From the NCBI GenBank assembly GCA_963716725.1, contig CAVQUB010000010.1:96001-160000 (forward strand): DNA of 64,000 nucleotides, in the 5' to 3' direction. Below the pieces are notes generated by a model. That model searched no databases, had not been told where the DNA came from, and saw only the letters and a list, made by a program, of their open reading frames with translations. Of this stretch, positions 31,277-42,125 are shown piece after piece. Source of the stretch: an uncultured delta proteobacterium (GTDB lineage Bacteria; Myxococcota_A; Polyangia; Polyangiales; Polyangiaceae). The position numbers and the translations under genes were made by a program. Each line of letters starts with the position of its first letter. Positions within the stretch are counted from its first letter, which is position 1.

Positions 31277-31288
31277 AGGGACGCGACG

Positions 31289-32393
31289 TCAGAACTGCGC
31301 CAGGAAGCGCGGGTCGTTCTCGAACAGCAGGCGGATGTCCGGGATCCCGTAGCGCAGCATGGCGACGCGCTCGACGCCCAGGCCGAAGGCGAAGCCGCTG
31401 TACTTCTCCGGATCGATGCCGCAGTGCTCGAACACGGCCGGGTGGATCATGCCGCAGCCGAGGATTTCGAGCCACCCAGTGGCCTTGCACACGCGGCAGG
31501 TGGCGCGCGAGCCGCGCCTATCCGCGGGGTCCCCGGCGTCGTCGTCGGCTCGACAGAATACGCAGCCGACGTCCATCTCGGCGCCGGGCTCGACGAAGGG
31601 GAAGTAGCTCGGGCGGAAGCGCACGGGTGTGCCCGGACCGTAGAGGCGCTCGGCGAACGCGGTGAGCACGCCCTTGAGCTCCGCGAAGCTGACGCGTTCG
31701 GCCACCAGGAAGCCCTCGATCTGGTGGAACATCGGCGAGTGCGTGACGTCGTCGTCGCGCCGGTAGACCGGGCCGCCGCTCACGATGGCCATTGGCGGGG
31801 TGTGCGTGCTCATCTCTCGGACCTGCACCGTGCTGGTGTGGGTGCGGAGCAGTACGCGCGCGTCGGGCTGGCCGCCTTCGACGCTGACCCAGAAGCTGTC
31901 CTGCATGTCGGTCGCCGGGTGGTCCGGTGGGAACGCGAGCTTCTCGAAGTTGTTCGCCTCGAGGTCGATCTCGGGCCCCCACGAAATCTCGAAGCCGAGG
32001 GCGCGGAAGATGTCGAGGATCTCGTCTTTGACCCGCGTGATCGGGTGCAGGTGCCCCCGCGGCGCCGGCACGCGGCCGGGCAAGGTCAGGTCGAAGGGGC
32101 GCGCGGCAAGATCGGCGTCGCGCAGCGCTCGCAAGATCTGAGCGAGACGCGCGTCGAAGGCCGACTCGACGTCGGCCTTCACGGCGTTGACTTGCTCTCC
32201 GATGCTCTTCTTCTGCTCGGCGGGCACTTTGCCCATGAGCTTGAGCAGCTTGGTGAGATCGTCCGTTCTTGCCCAAGACCTCGGCCTTGGCGTTGCGCAG
32301 ATCTTGCTCACCCGTGGCGCCCGCGAAGGCTTCCCGAAAACGCTCTCCGAGTGCTCGGAGCCCCGCTTCGATCTCCGCCGCTGCGTCGGACAC
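31289..32393 (-). CDS. pheS: Phenylalanine--tRNA ligase alpha subunit; one extra base near 32261, probably sequencing error
   Basis: N-term ...KAEVLGKNG shifts to DLTKLLK; DLTLPG, GHLHP, HPATDMQDSF, LRTHTS, HSPMFHQIEG, RPSYFPFVEP, GFAFGLGVER. Confidence 0.96.
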
Positions 32394-32400
32394 GAACCGA

Positions 32401-32757
32401 CTACTTGGCGGCGGCGACCGCGAGCTCGGTGAGCTGCTTGAACGAGTTCGGATCGTTCACGGCCATGTCGGCGAGCACCTTGCGATCGAGCTCGATCTCG
32501 CTGGTCTTCAGCGCACCCATCAGCTTCGAGTACGTCGTGCCGTTGATGCGGCAGGCGGCGTTGATGCGCGTGATCCACAGGCTGCGGAAGTCGCGCTTCT
32601 TGAGCTTGCGGCCTTCGTAGGCGTAGAGCCAGCTGTGCCAGAGCACGTGGAGCGCTTGGCGGAAGCGGTTCTTGCGACCGCCGTGGAAGCCCTCGACCTG
32701 CTCGAATACGCGCTTGTGGCGGCGATGAGCGGTGACACCTCGTTTGACGCGGGACAT
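32401..32757 (-). CDS. rplT: 50S ribosomal protein L20
   Basis: MSRVKRG, KKRDFRSLWITRINAA, LDRKVLAD. Confidence 0.97.
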   Translation of the reverse strand: MSRVKRGVTAHRRHKRVFEQVEGFHGGRKNRFRQALHVLWHSWLYAYEGRKLKKRDFRSLWITRINAACRINGTTYSKLMGALKTSEIELDRKVLADMAVNDPNSFKQLTELAVAAAK

Positions 32758-32773
32758 CTGACGATTCTCCTCT

Positions 32774-32971
32774 TCAGCCGTAGGGCAACAGGATCTTCAC
32801 GCGGCGTTCCATCGCCGGCGACACCATGTCGTTGTCGCGCAGGCGACGACGGCGCTTGCGGGACTTCCCGATCATGTTGTGCTGGGCGCCGCACTTGGAC
32901 CGGCGGACGCGGCCCTTGCCGGTGATCTTGAAGCGCTTGGCGGCCGCGCGATTGGTCTTCATCTTCGGCAT
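32774..32971 (-). CDS. rpmI: 50S ribosomal protein L35
   Basis: MPKMKTNRAAAKRFKITGKG...LLPYG; AGGAG SD. Confidence 0.97.
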   Translation of the reverse strand: MPKMKTNRAAAKRFKITGKGRVRRSKCGAQHNMIGKSRKRRRRLRDNDMVSPAMERRVKILLPYG

Positions 32972-33016
32972 GACAGTCGACTCCTGCGGGGCCATCCGGG
33001 CCGCCGAGAGCGCGGA

Positions 33017-33045
33017 CTTATGACGGATGGGGGCCCGCCCGTCAA
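33017..33045 (-). promoter_or_regulatory. Sigma-70-type promoter of rpmI-rplT-pheS
   Basis: TTGACG-N17-CATAAG on the minus strand; embedded TGACGG/CCGTCA inverted repeat. Confidence 0.6.
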
Positions 33046-33253
33046 GCGCTCGCAAACCGCTGGGCGCCTGACCAGGGCGTGCCCCGCCCTGCGCAATCGC
33101 CGCGCCGGGCCGGCTGCGCTCCCCCCTGAGGCCGCGGAGCGGCCGATTTGGGGGAAGCTCGCGCGAAGGCGCAGCCGAGCGCGGCGTGGGGGGGCAACCT
33201 CCGCTCGGATTGTGCGGGGTGAGCATCGCCGGCCGAGCATCGGCATCGGCGCC

Positions 33254-34066
33254 TCAGAAGCGCCAGCGCGCGGAGGCCGCGGCGGCGCCGGGGGCGACGC
33301 CGAGACCCAGGTCGAAGCGCCGAGGCTTGCGGGCCTGCACCTCGCTCGCGGGTTTCCCCGTGAAGTAGAGCACCGCTCCCACGCCGACACTGACCACCGC
33401 GACGCCGGTCAGGATGGTGCTGGTGAGCGCCAGGGTCTTGCCGGACGAGAGATTGGAATCGGCGCAGCGCGGCGAGCACTCGTCCTTCGCGTTGTTGTAC
33501 TCGCCGTTGGCGAGCACGCCGGTGATGACCGCGCCCGCGGCGGTGACGCCGCCGATGCCGAGCAGCACGAAGGCCGGCAGATTGCTCTTGGTCTCGACGG
33601 GGCCGGCCTTGTCCCGCGAGCCCGGGGTCGTGCCCGGGGTGGGTCCCGGGGCGGTGCCGCCGGGAACTCCGGTTGGGCCCGGGGTGGTTCCCTTGGCCTG
33701 TTCCGAGAGTCGTTTCTCGAGGTTCGCGACCCGTGCCTCGACCGTCGCGCGCTGTTCGCCGTCGGGCGCGACCTCGAGATACTTCTTGAGTGAAGTGACC
33801 GCCGCGCTCAGATCGCCCTTGCGCTCGTGCACGGTGGCGACGTTGAGCAAGAGATCGGGTCGCTTGCTGAGCTCGTAGGCTTTCTCGAATGCCTTGAGTG
33901 CGTTCTCGTAGTCCGCCTCTTGGAGGTAGGCCACGCCCGACTCGAAGTGTCGACGGGCGAGTTCGTCAGGGCTGTCTTGGCCGATCGCCGTGCCGCTCTG
34001 GCTCGCGATCGCGATCGCGACGAGCGTCGCCATGACCCGCGCGTGGTGGCGCTTCCCTCCGTGCAT
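33254..34066 (-). CDS. TPR protein with two C-terminal hydrophobic helices, ending ...ARWRF
   Basis: ARRHFESG..Y...DYENAL..FEKAYELS.RP.LLLN TPR pattern; Pro/Gly linker. Confidence 0.8.
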   Translation of the reverse strand: MHGGKRHHARVMATLVAIAIASQSGTAIGQDSPDELARRHFESGVAYLQEADYENALKAFEKAYELSKRPDLLLNVATVHERKGDLSAAVTSLKKYLEVAPDGEQRATVEARVANLEKRLSEQAKGTTPGPTGVPGGTAPGPTPGTTPGSRDKAGPVETKSNLPAFVLLGIGGVTAAGAVITGVLANGEYNNAKDECSPRCADSNLSSGKTLALTSTILTGVAVVSVGVGAVLYFTGKPASEVQARKPRRFDLGLGVAPGAAAASARWRF

Positions 34067-34174
34067 TTCGGCAGCTTAGCGCGGCTCGCGTCCCGGACAA
34101 ACTCCTGCGATCGCGCCGCCGGGACCAAGCGGCTTCTCGCCGGACCGCGCCTGGGATAGACGCCGTGCCCACCG

Positions 34175-37100
34175 ATGCCCAAGCGCGACGACATCGAAAA
34201 GATCCTGCTCATCGGCTCCGGACCCATCGTCATCGGGCAGGCGTGCGAGTTCGACTACTCCGGCACCCAGGGCGCGAAGGCGCTGACCGGGCTCGGATAC
34301 GACGTGGTCTTGGTCAACTCGAATCCCGCGACCATCATGACCGACCCCGAGCTGGTGCGGCGGACCTACATCGAGCCCATCGAGCTCGATACGCTGACCG
34401 CCATCATCGAGCGCGAGCGGCCCGACGCGCTCCTGCCCACCCTCGGCGGGCAGACGGCGCTGAACGCGGCCATCGAGCTGCACGAGCGCGGCGTCTTGTC
34501 GCGCAACGGCGTCCAGCTCATCGGCGCGCAGATCGATGCCATCCGCAAGGCGGAAGATCGCCAGCTCTTCAAAGAAGCGATGGAGCGCATCGGTCTGGAG
34601 TGTCCGCGTTCGGCCCACGTGGGCAGCGTGGACGAGGCCCGGGAGTTCGCCAAACTGGCGGGCTACCCCGTGATCCTCCGGCCCAGCTTCACCATGGGCG
34701 GGTCCGGCGGCGCCATCGTGCGCGACGCGAGCGAGATCGACGCGAAGGTCGGCTGGGCGCTCTTGCAGTCGCCCACTCACCAGGTGCTCGTCGAAGAGAG
34801 CGTGCTCGGTTGGAAAGAGTACGAACTCGAGGTGATTCGCGACAAGAACGACAACTTCATCGTGGTGTGCACCATCGAGAACCTCGATCCGATGGGGATC
34901 CACACCGGCGACTCGATCACCGTCGCGCCCGCCATGACCCTGACCGACCGCGAGTATCAGCGCCTGCGCGACGCGGCGCGGGCCGTCATGCACGAGATCG
35001 GAGTGGAGACCGGCGGCTCCAACGTGCAGTTCGCTGTGGATCCCAAGACCGGCCGGGTGTTGGTCATCGAGATGAATCCCCGCGTCTCGCGTTCGAGCGC
35101 GCTGGCGTCCAAGGCGACTGGCTACCCGATCGCCAAGATCGCCGCGAAGCTCGCGGTGGGCCTGACCTTGGATGAGCTCGAGAACGACATCACGGGCACC
35201 AGCGCCGCCTTCGAGCCGACCATCGACTACGTGGTGGTCAAGTGGCCGCGCTTCGCCTTCGAGAAGTTCCCGGGTTCGGACAACCGACTCGGTACCCAGA
35301 TGAAGAGCGTCGGCGAGGCGATGAGCATCGGCCGAACCTTCTGCGAGGCGCTCCAGAAGGCCGCACGCTCGCTAGAGACCGGCAAGGCCGGGCTGACCGG
35401 GCTGGTGGGGCTCGTCGACTACCGTGCGCTGCTCGAAGATCCCACTGCCGCCCGGGATCTCGTCCACGAGGCGCCGCCCATGGCCAAACCCCGGGCCAGC
35501 ACACCGCCGCCGATGGACGAGATCGTTGCGCTGCTCGAACGGGTGGTGGTGGAGCCGACCGCGGACCGACTCTTTCATGTCGTGGACGCCATCCGACACG
35601 GCATCACTCTCGCGCGGCTCCACGAGCTGACCGCCATCGACCCCTGGTTCTTGGAACAGCTCGGCCGAATCGTCGCCCACGAGCGTGTGCTGGTAGAGGC
35701 GCCCGGGCTCTCTGGAGAACTCTTGCGCGACAGCAAGCGCTTGGGGTTCTCCGACCTGCAGATCGCTCGCCTGCGTGGCCTACGAGAAGAGGAGGTGCGC
35801 GAGGCCCGTACGGCCGCCGGTGTGCACGCCGTCTACGGTCGAGTGGACACCTGCGCAGCCGAGTTCGTGGCGCGCACGCCCTATCTGTACTCGACCTGGG
35901 AGAGCGAGAGCGAATCCGAGGTCACCGACAAGAAGAAGGTGATCATCCTGGGCGGCGGTCCCAACCGCATCGGGCAGGGCATCGAGTTCGACTACTGCTG
36001 CTGCCACGCGGTCTTCGCGCTGCGCGAACTTGGCATCGAGACCGTGATGGTCAACTGCAACCCCGAGACGGTCTCCACCGACTACGACACCAGCGATCGA
36101 CTCTACTTCGAGCCGCTGACCCTGGAAGACGTCCTGGGGATCTGCCGCGAGGAATCCCAGAACGGCGAACTGCTCGGAGTCATCGTGCAGTTCGGCGGAC
36201 AGACTCCGCTGAAGCTCGCGGTGCCCTTGGAGACCGCCGGCGTTCGCTTGCTCGGGACCAGCGCCGACGCCATCGACCGCGCCGAAGACCGCGAGCGCTT
36301 TGATGCGCTCTTGTCGAAGCTGGGCCTCGAGCGGCCGCGGGCCGGCATCGCCAAAGGCGCCGGCGAGGCCCAGCGCATCGCTGCGGACGTTGGCTATCCG
36401 GTCCTGGTGCGACCCTCGTACGTGCTCGGCGGCCGCGCCATGATGATCTGCTGGGACGAGGCCGAACTCGAAGCCTACGTGGAGATCGCCATCGAGGCTG
36501 CGCGCGACGAGGGAGCGTCGCCGACACTGCTCATCGACCAGTTCTTGAAGAACGCCATCGAGGTGGACGTGGATTGCGTCTGCGACGGTCGTCGAGCGGT
36601 GATCGGCGGCGTGATGCAGCACATCGAAGCGGCCGGAGTACACTCCGGTGACTCCACCAGCGTATTGCCGCCCTTCAGTCTGGCGCCGGCGGTGGTGGCC
36701 GAGATCGAACAGAGCACGCGCGCGCTGGCCCTCGAGCTGGGCGTGGTCGGGCTGATGAACGTGCAGTTCGCGGTGAAGGACGGCTCGGTCTACGTGCTCG
36801 AGGTCAACCCCCGGGCGTCGCGCACGGTCCCCTTCGTGTCCAAGTCCACCGGGCGCCCGCTGGCGAAGATCGCCGCCAAGGTCATGGTCGGCAAGACGCT
36901 CGACGAGCTCGGCGTGAAAGACGAGCCCGTCCCCACTCACGTGGCGGTCAAAGAGAGCGTATTCCCCTTCGCCAAATTCCCGGGCGTGGACACCATCTTC
37001 GGTCCCGAGATGCGCTCCACCGGGGAGGTGATGGGCATCTCGGTGAGCTTGCCGCTGGCTTTCGGCAAGTCCATGGCGGCAAGCGGATACAGCTTGCCCG

Positions 37101-37531
37101 ATCACGGTCGGGCATTCATCAGCGTGCAGGACGACGACAAGGCCGCCGCCTGCGACGTTGCCCGTCGACTCCGCAACATCGGGTTCTCCGTCGTTGCCAC
37201 GGGAGGCACTGCGCAGGCGCTGGAGAGCGCGCGGATCCCCGTCGACCGCATCAACAAGGTGCTCGATGGATCGCCGCACGTCGTGGACGCCATCGAGGCC
37301 GGGACCATTCAGCTCGTGGTCAACACCACCCAGGGCGCCAAAGCGATCCGCGACAGCTACTCGATCAGGCGCACCACGCTCTTGGCGAACATCCCCTACT
37401 TCACGACGCTGAGCGCGGCGCGGGCGGCGGTGGACGCCCTCGAGGTGCGATTCGTGGCCGGGCGGAACATCAGCGCCGTGCGCAGCCTGCAAGAGTGGCA
37501 TCAGCGATCACGGCGGGCGACCTCCGCCTGA
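34175..37531 (+). CDS. carB: Carbamoyl-phosphate synthase large subunit
   Basis: [55 protein letters not shown] domain. Confidence 0.98.
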   Translation: MPKRDDIEKILLIGSGPIVIGQACEFDYSGTQGAKALTGLGYDVVLVNSNPATIMTDPELVRRTYIEPIELDTLTAIIERERPDALLPTLGGQTALNAAIELHERGVLSRNGVQLIGAQIDAIRKAEDRQLFKEAMERIGLECPRSAHVGSVDEAREFAKLAGYPVILRPSFTMGGSGGAIVRDASEIDAKVGWALLQSPTHQVLVEESVLGWKEYELEVIRDKNDNFIVVCTIENLDPMGIHTGDSITVAPAMTLTDREYQRLRDAARAVMHEIGVETGGSNVQFAVDPKTGRVLVIEMNPRVSRSSALASKATGYPIAKIAAKLAVGLTLDELENDITGTSAAFEPTIDYVVVKWPRFAFEKFPGSDNRLGTQMKSVGEAMSIGRTFCEALQKAARSLETGKAGLTGLVGLVDYRALLEDPTAARDLVHEAPPMAKPRASTPPPMDEIVALLERVVVEPTADRLFHVVDAIRHGITLARLHELTAIDPWFLEQLGRIVAHERVLVEAPGLSGELLRDSKRLGFSDLQIARLRGLREEEVREARTAAGVHAVYGRVDTCAAEFVARTPYLYSTWESESESEVTDKKKVIILGGGPNRIGQGIEFDYCCCHAVFALRELGIETVMVNCNPETVSTDYDTSDRLYFEPLTLEDVLGICREESQNGELLGVIVQFGGQTPLKLAVPLETAGVRLLGTSADAIDRAEDRERFDALLSKLGLERPRAGIAKGAGEAQRIAADVGYPVLVRPSYVLGGRAMMICWDEAELEAYVEIAIEAARDEGASPTLLIDQFLKNAIEVDVDCVCDGRRAVIGGVMQHIEAAGVHSGDSTSVLPPFSLAPAVVAEIEQSTRALALELGVVGLMNVQFAVKDGSVYVLEVNPRASRTVPFVSKSTGRPLAKIAAKVMVGKTLDELGVKDEPVPTHVAVKESVFPFAKFPGVDTIFGPEMRSTGEVMGISVSLPLAFGKSMAASGYSLPDHGRAFISVQDDDKAAACDVARRLRNIGFSVVATGGTAQALESARIPVDRINKVLDGSPHVVDAIEAGTIQLVVNTTQGAKAIRDSYSIRRTTLLANIPYFTTLSAARAAVDALEVRFVAGRNISAVRSLQEWHQRSRRATSA

Positions 37532-37600
37532 ATTCGTGGCCATCCTGAACGTCCGTCCGGGAAAGTCGCCCGAGTCGGTCCGATGAGCTAGGGTCGATCC

Positions 37601-38095
37601 GTGAGGCGGCGCTACCCGCTCGAGGCACTGAAAGCGGTCCGGCAGAGCGCCGTCGACGCCCAGGTGCGCGAGGTGGCCGAGCGCGCTGCAGGTACCGCCG
37701 AGGCCCGTGCCGAGGAGGAGCGCGCCCGGCGCCGTCGGCAGGCCGAGGAAGAGCGGGCTCGCGGGAGCCGCAACGCCGAGAGCACGCGGGTCGATCTGGG
37801 GGAGGCCCGCGTTGCCGATCTCCAAGCTCAAGCGACCTGGGAGCTGGCCGAGCAAGACCGCATCGAGGCACTGCAGCGACGCGAGCGCGCCATCGCAGAG
37901 ACCGCCCACGTCGCCGCTGGACTCGAGCAGTCGGCCCGCGCCGATTTGGCCCGCGCCCAGGCCGAGGTGAAGGCGGTCGAACGCCATCGGGAGCGGTGGA
38001 GCAGCGAGGGGGAACGCGCCGCAGAGCTCGAAACCGAGGACGCCGCCCAGGACGTATGGGCCGCGCGCCGCGCCGGATCGGGGAGGCGTGCGTGA
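37601..38095 (+). CDS. Coiled-coil protein, YscO/FliJ (export-ATPase stalk)-like
   Basis: 164 aa, all-helical; N-terminal RYPLEAL..VR and C-terminal VERHRERW...E.E.ED pattern. Confidence 0.55.
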   Translation: MRRRYPLEALKAVRQSAVDAQVREVAERAAGTAEARAEEERARRRRQAEEERARGSRNAESTRVDLGEARVADLQAQATWELAEQDRIEALQRRERAIAETAHVAAGLEQSARADLARAQAEVKAVERHRERWSSEGERAAELETEDAAQDVWAARRAGSGRRA

Positions 38096-40485
38096 GGCTG
38101 CAATCGGCGCTCGGCGCGGCGGCGCTCTGGGCCTGCTCCGCTCAACAGACGCCCACGGGCTCCCACGGCGTGCAGACCCCAATCGGAGCCGACGGCGGCG
38201 TCGCGCTCTCGAAGGCGGCGCCGGTGGTGATCAAGGACGAGATCTCGATCGCGGAGTTCCAGCCATTGCTCGCTGAGCCAATTCTGGCCAGAGCGCAGAA
38301 GCACATCGACGATGGCAACCACGCGGCCGCGGCTCGCGAGGTCGAAACGCAGATGGGCAAGGTCGAGTCCACGCCTCGAAACGTCGCGCGCTTCCAGATG
38401 TTGCTCGGGCGGCTTCGCGAGATCTCCGGTGACCTGCGGGGCGCGCACGCTTCCTACGAGTTGGCCGCCGCCGAGCGATGGCCCCTCGCGGGATACGCGA
38501 CCTTGGCGGCGGGACGCGTCCTGCTTCGCTCCGGCAAGACCGAGCAAGCCATTGGCGTCCTCGAGCGAGCGCCCAAGGATCAGCCCATCGCCCGGGACGC
38601 CCGCCTGCTCTTGGCCGAAGCGGCGCTCAAGGCCGGCAAGACCGAGATCGTCATCGACGCCTGGCGCGCGCACATCGGGGAGAGGCCCGCCGAGGCCAAC
38701 GACTACGCGCTGCGGCTCGCGGCGCTGCTGCTCGATCGCGCAGGCGCGAAGACCGACGACGCGTCGCTCTCGGACCAGCGCGAAGCGCTGGGTCTAGCCC
38801 GGCGCGTGGCTGCTGAAAACGTCGCCCGGACCACGATCTTGGACCGCGCTCGCAAAGTCGAGAAGCGCGCCCTCGAGGCCCTGCCCCGCGTCGAACAGAA
38901 GCGCTTGGCGCGCCCCACCGCCGAAGAAGAGCTGCTGCGGGTGAAGGCGCTGGTCGAAGCCAAGCTCGAGGCCGACGCCGAGAAGAGCGCCGACGCGCTC
39001 ATCGCTTCGCTCGGCAAGGCAGAGCGCTGGAACGCCACGGGGTGCGAAGCGTCGTTCTGGCGCGCAAAGGCGATTTCGCTCAAGCGCGAGTCGGCGCGCG
39101 CCGCCGAGGCCTTTGACGCCGTGGTCGAGCATTGCAAGGCCGATGATGATCTGCTTGCGCGCTCGCTGTACTTGGCCGGGAAGCACGCTGCGGCCGACGG
39201 CAAGAAGATGCAGGCCGCGCAGCGCTACGGCGAGCTCGAGAAGCTCCTTCCGAAACACCGCCTCGCCGACGACGCGCGCATGGGCGCGGCGCTGGCCTAT
39301 TTCGATCTTGGCATCGAAGCGCGCTTCACCGAACTCTTGTCCACCATCATGGAGGACTACCCCGAGGGCGACATCGTGCTCGACGCGGTGTTCCGCCTCG
39401 CGCTGCGCCGCATCGAGAAGGGCGACTGGCCTGGAGCGGCCAACGTGCTCGGCAAGGTGGCCGCCACCATCGCCAAGAACGACAGCGCCCGCGGCACGGA
39501 GCACAGCGGACGCGAGCGCTACTTCTTGGCGCGCGCTTGGATCGAGAGCGGGGACGCCGAGCGTGGCTACGCGGAGCTCGAGGCCATCGTCCGGGAGCTG
39601 CCGCTCTCCTATTACATGCTGCATGCGTGGTCGCGTCTGGTCGAAAAGGACCCGTTTCGAGCCAAAAACGTGCTGGAGGAGGCCGAGAAGAAGGCCGCCA
39701 CGCAGCCCTTCGCTTTCGAGCACCAGCCGGAGTTCGACAGCCCCGGATTCGCGCGGGCCATGGAACTCTTGCGGCAGGGCGAGCTGGAATTCGCGCGGCG
39801 CGAGATCGAGAGCTTGGGCATCGCCAAGCCCGGAGCGACACCCCGTCTCCTGTGGGGGATCTCGCTGCTCTACGCCCGGGCGGGGTCCGCACGCGACGCC
39901 CACGTCATCGCCCGCGGCATGCTCACGGATTGGCTCGGTCGCTGGCCCGCTGGGGACTGGGCCAAGGCTTGGCAACTCGCTTACCCCAGACCTTATCGCA
40001 ACATCGTGCAGCGCGAGACCAAGAAGAACCTGGTCCCCGAGTCGCTGGTCTATGCCGTGATGCGCGAGGAGAGCGCCTTTGAACCCAGCGCCGAGAGTCA
40101 CGCCGCTGCCTACGGCCTGATGCAGCTGATCGTGCCGACGGCGAAGATCCTGGCCAAGCCGTTGGGGTTGCCGTCGGACGCGTCGAGCCTGAAGCAGCCG
40201 ACCGTGAACATTGCGCTCGGCACCCGGGGTCTCGCCGAGCTCGAGAAGACCTTCTCCCAGAACCCGCTCCTCGCCATTCCGGGCTACAACGCGGGCCCCA
40301 ATCGGCCCCGGCGCTGGCTCCGCGAGCGGCCCCGCGTGGACTTCGATGTCTGGGTCGAGATGATCCCGATCACCGAGACGCGCCGGTACACGAAGCGGGT
40401 TCTGGCAAGTCGCGCGGCTTACGCCTATCTGTACGAGAGGGAGCGCTCTGCCGAGTCCATGGCGCTGCCGGTGCGAATGGAATGA
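38092..40485 (+). CDS. Slt-family lytic transglycosylase lipoprotein with TPR superhelix
   Basis: AALWA-C lipobox; AVMREESAF, GLMQL, NIALG, YNAGP, ETRRYTKRV; GTGA overlap with the upstream gene. Confidence 0.92.
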   Translation: MRLQSALGAAALWACSAQQTPTGSHGVQTPIGADGGVALSKAAPVVIKDEISIAEFQPLLAEPILARAQKHIDDGNHAAAAREVETQMGKVESTPRNVARFQMLLGRLREISGDLRGAHASYELAAAERWPLAGYATLAAGRVLLRSGKTEQAIGVLERAPKDQPIARDARLLLAEAALKAGKTEIVIDAWRAHIGERPAEANDYALRLAALLLDRAGAKTDDASLSDQREALGLARRVAAENVARTTILDRARKVEKRALEALPRVEQKRLARPTAEEELLRVKALVEAKLEADAEKSADALIASLGKAERWNATGCEASFWRAKAISLKRESARAAEAFDAVVEHCKADDDLLARSLYLAGKHAAADGKKMQAAQRYGELEKLLPKHRLADDARMGAALAYFDLGIEARFTELLSTIMEDYPEGDIVLDAVFRLALRRIEKGDWPGAANVLGKVAATIAKNDSARGTEHSGRERYFLARAWIESGDAERGYAELEAIVRELPLSYYMLHAWSRLVEKDPFRAKNVLEEAEKKAATQPFAFEHQPEFDSPGFARAMELLRQGELEFARREIESLGIAKPGATPRLLWGISLLYARAGSARDAHVIARGMLTDWLGRWPAGDWAKAWQLAYPRPYRNIVQRETKKNLVPESLVYAVMREESAFEPSAESHAAAYGLMQLIVPTAKILAKPLGLPSDASSLKQPTVNIALGTRGLAELEKTFSQNPLLAIPGYNAGPNRPRRWLRERPRVDFDVWVEMIPITETRRYTKRVLASRAAYAYLYERERSAESMALPVRME

Positions 40486-40555
40486 GCGACGCCGCCATTC
40501 GTGGCCAGCGCCGGCCGGGCGCGGTAGGCTTCGAAGCGCTCGAGAGGGTTTGAGG

Positions 40556-42124
<1,569 letters not shown>

Positions 42125-42125
42125 A

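Noticed and set aside
31289..32393. pheS as a true pseudogene
   Set aside because: Essential gene, otherwise intact; a single extra base next to GATC is better explained as sequence error.
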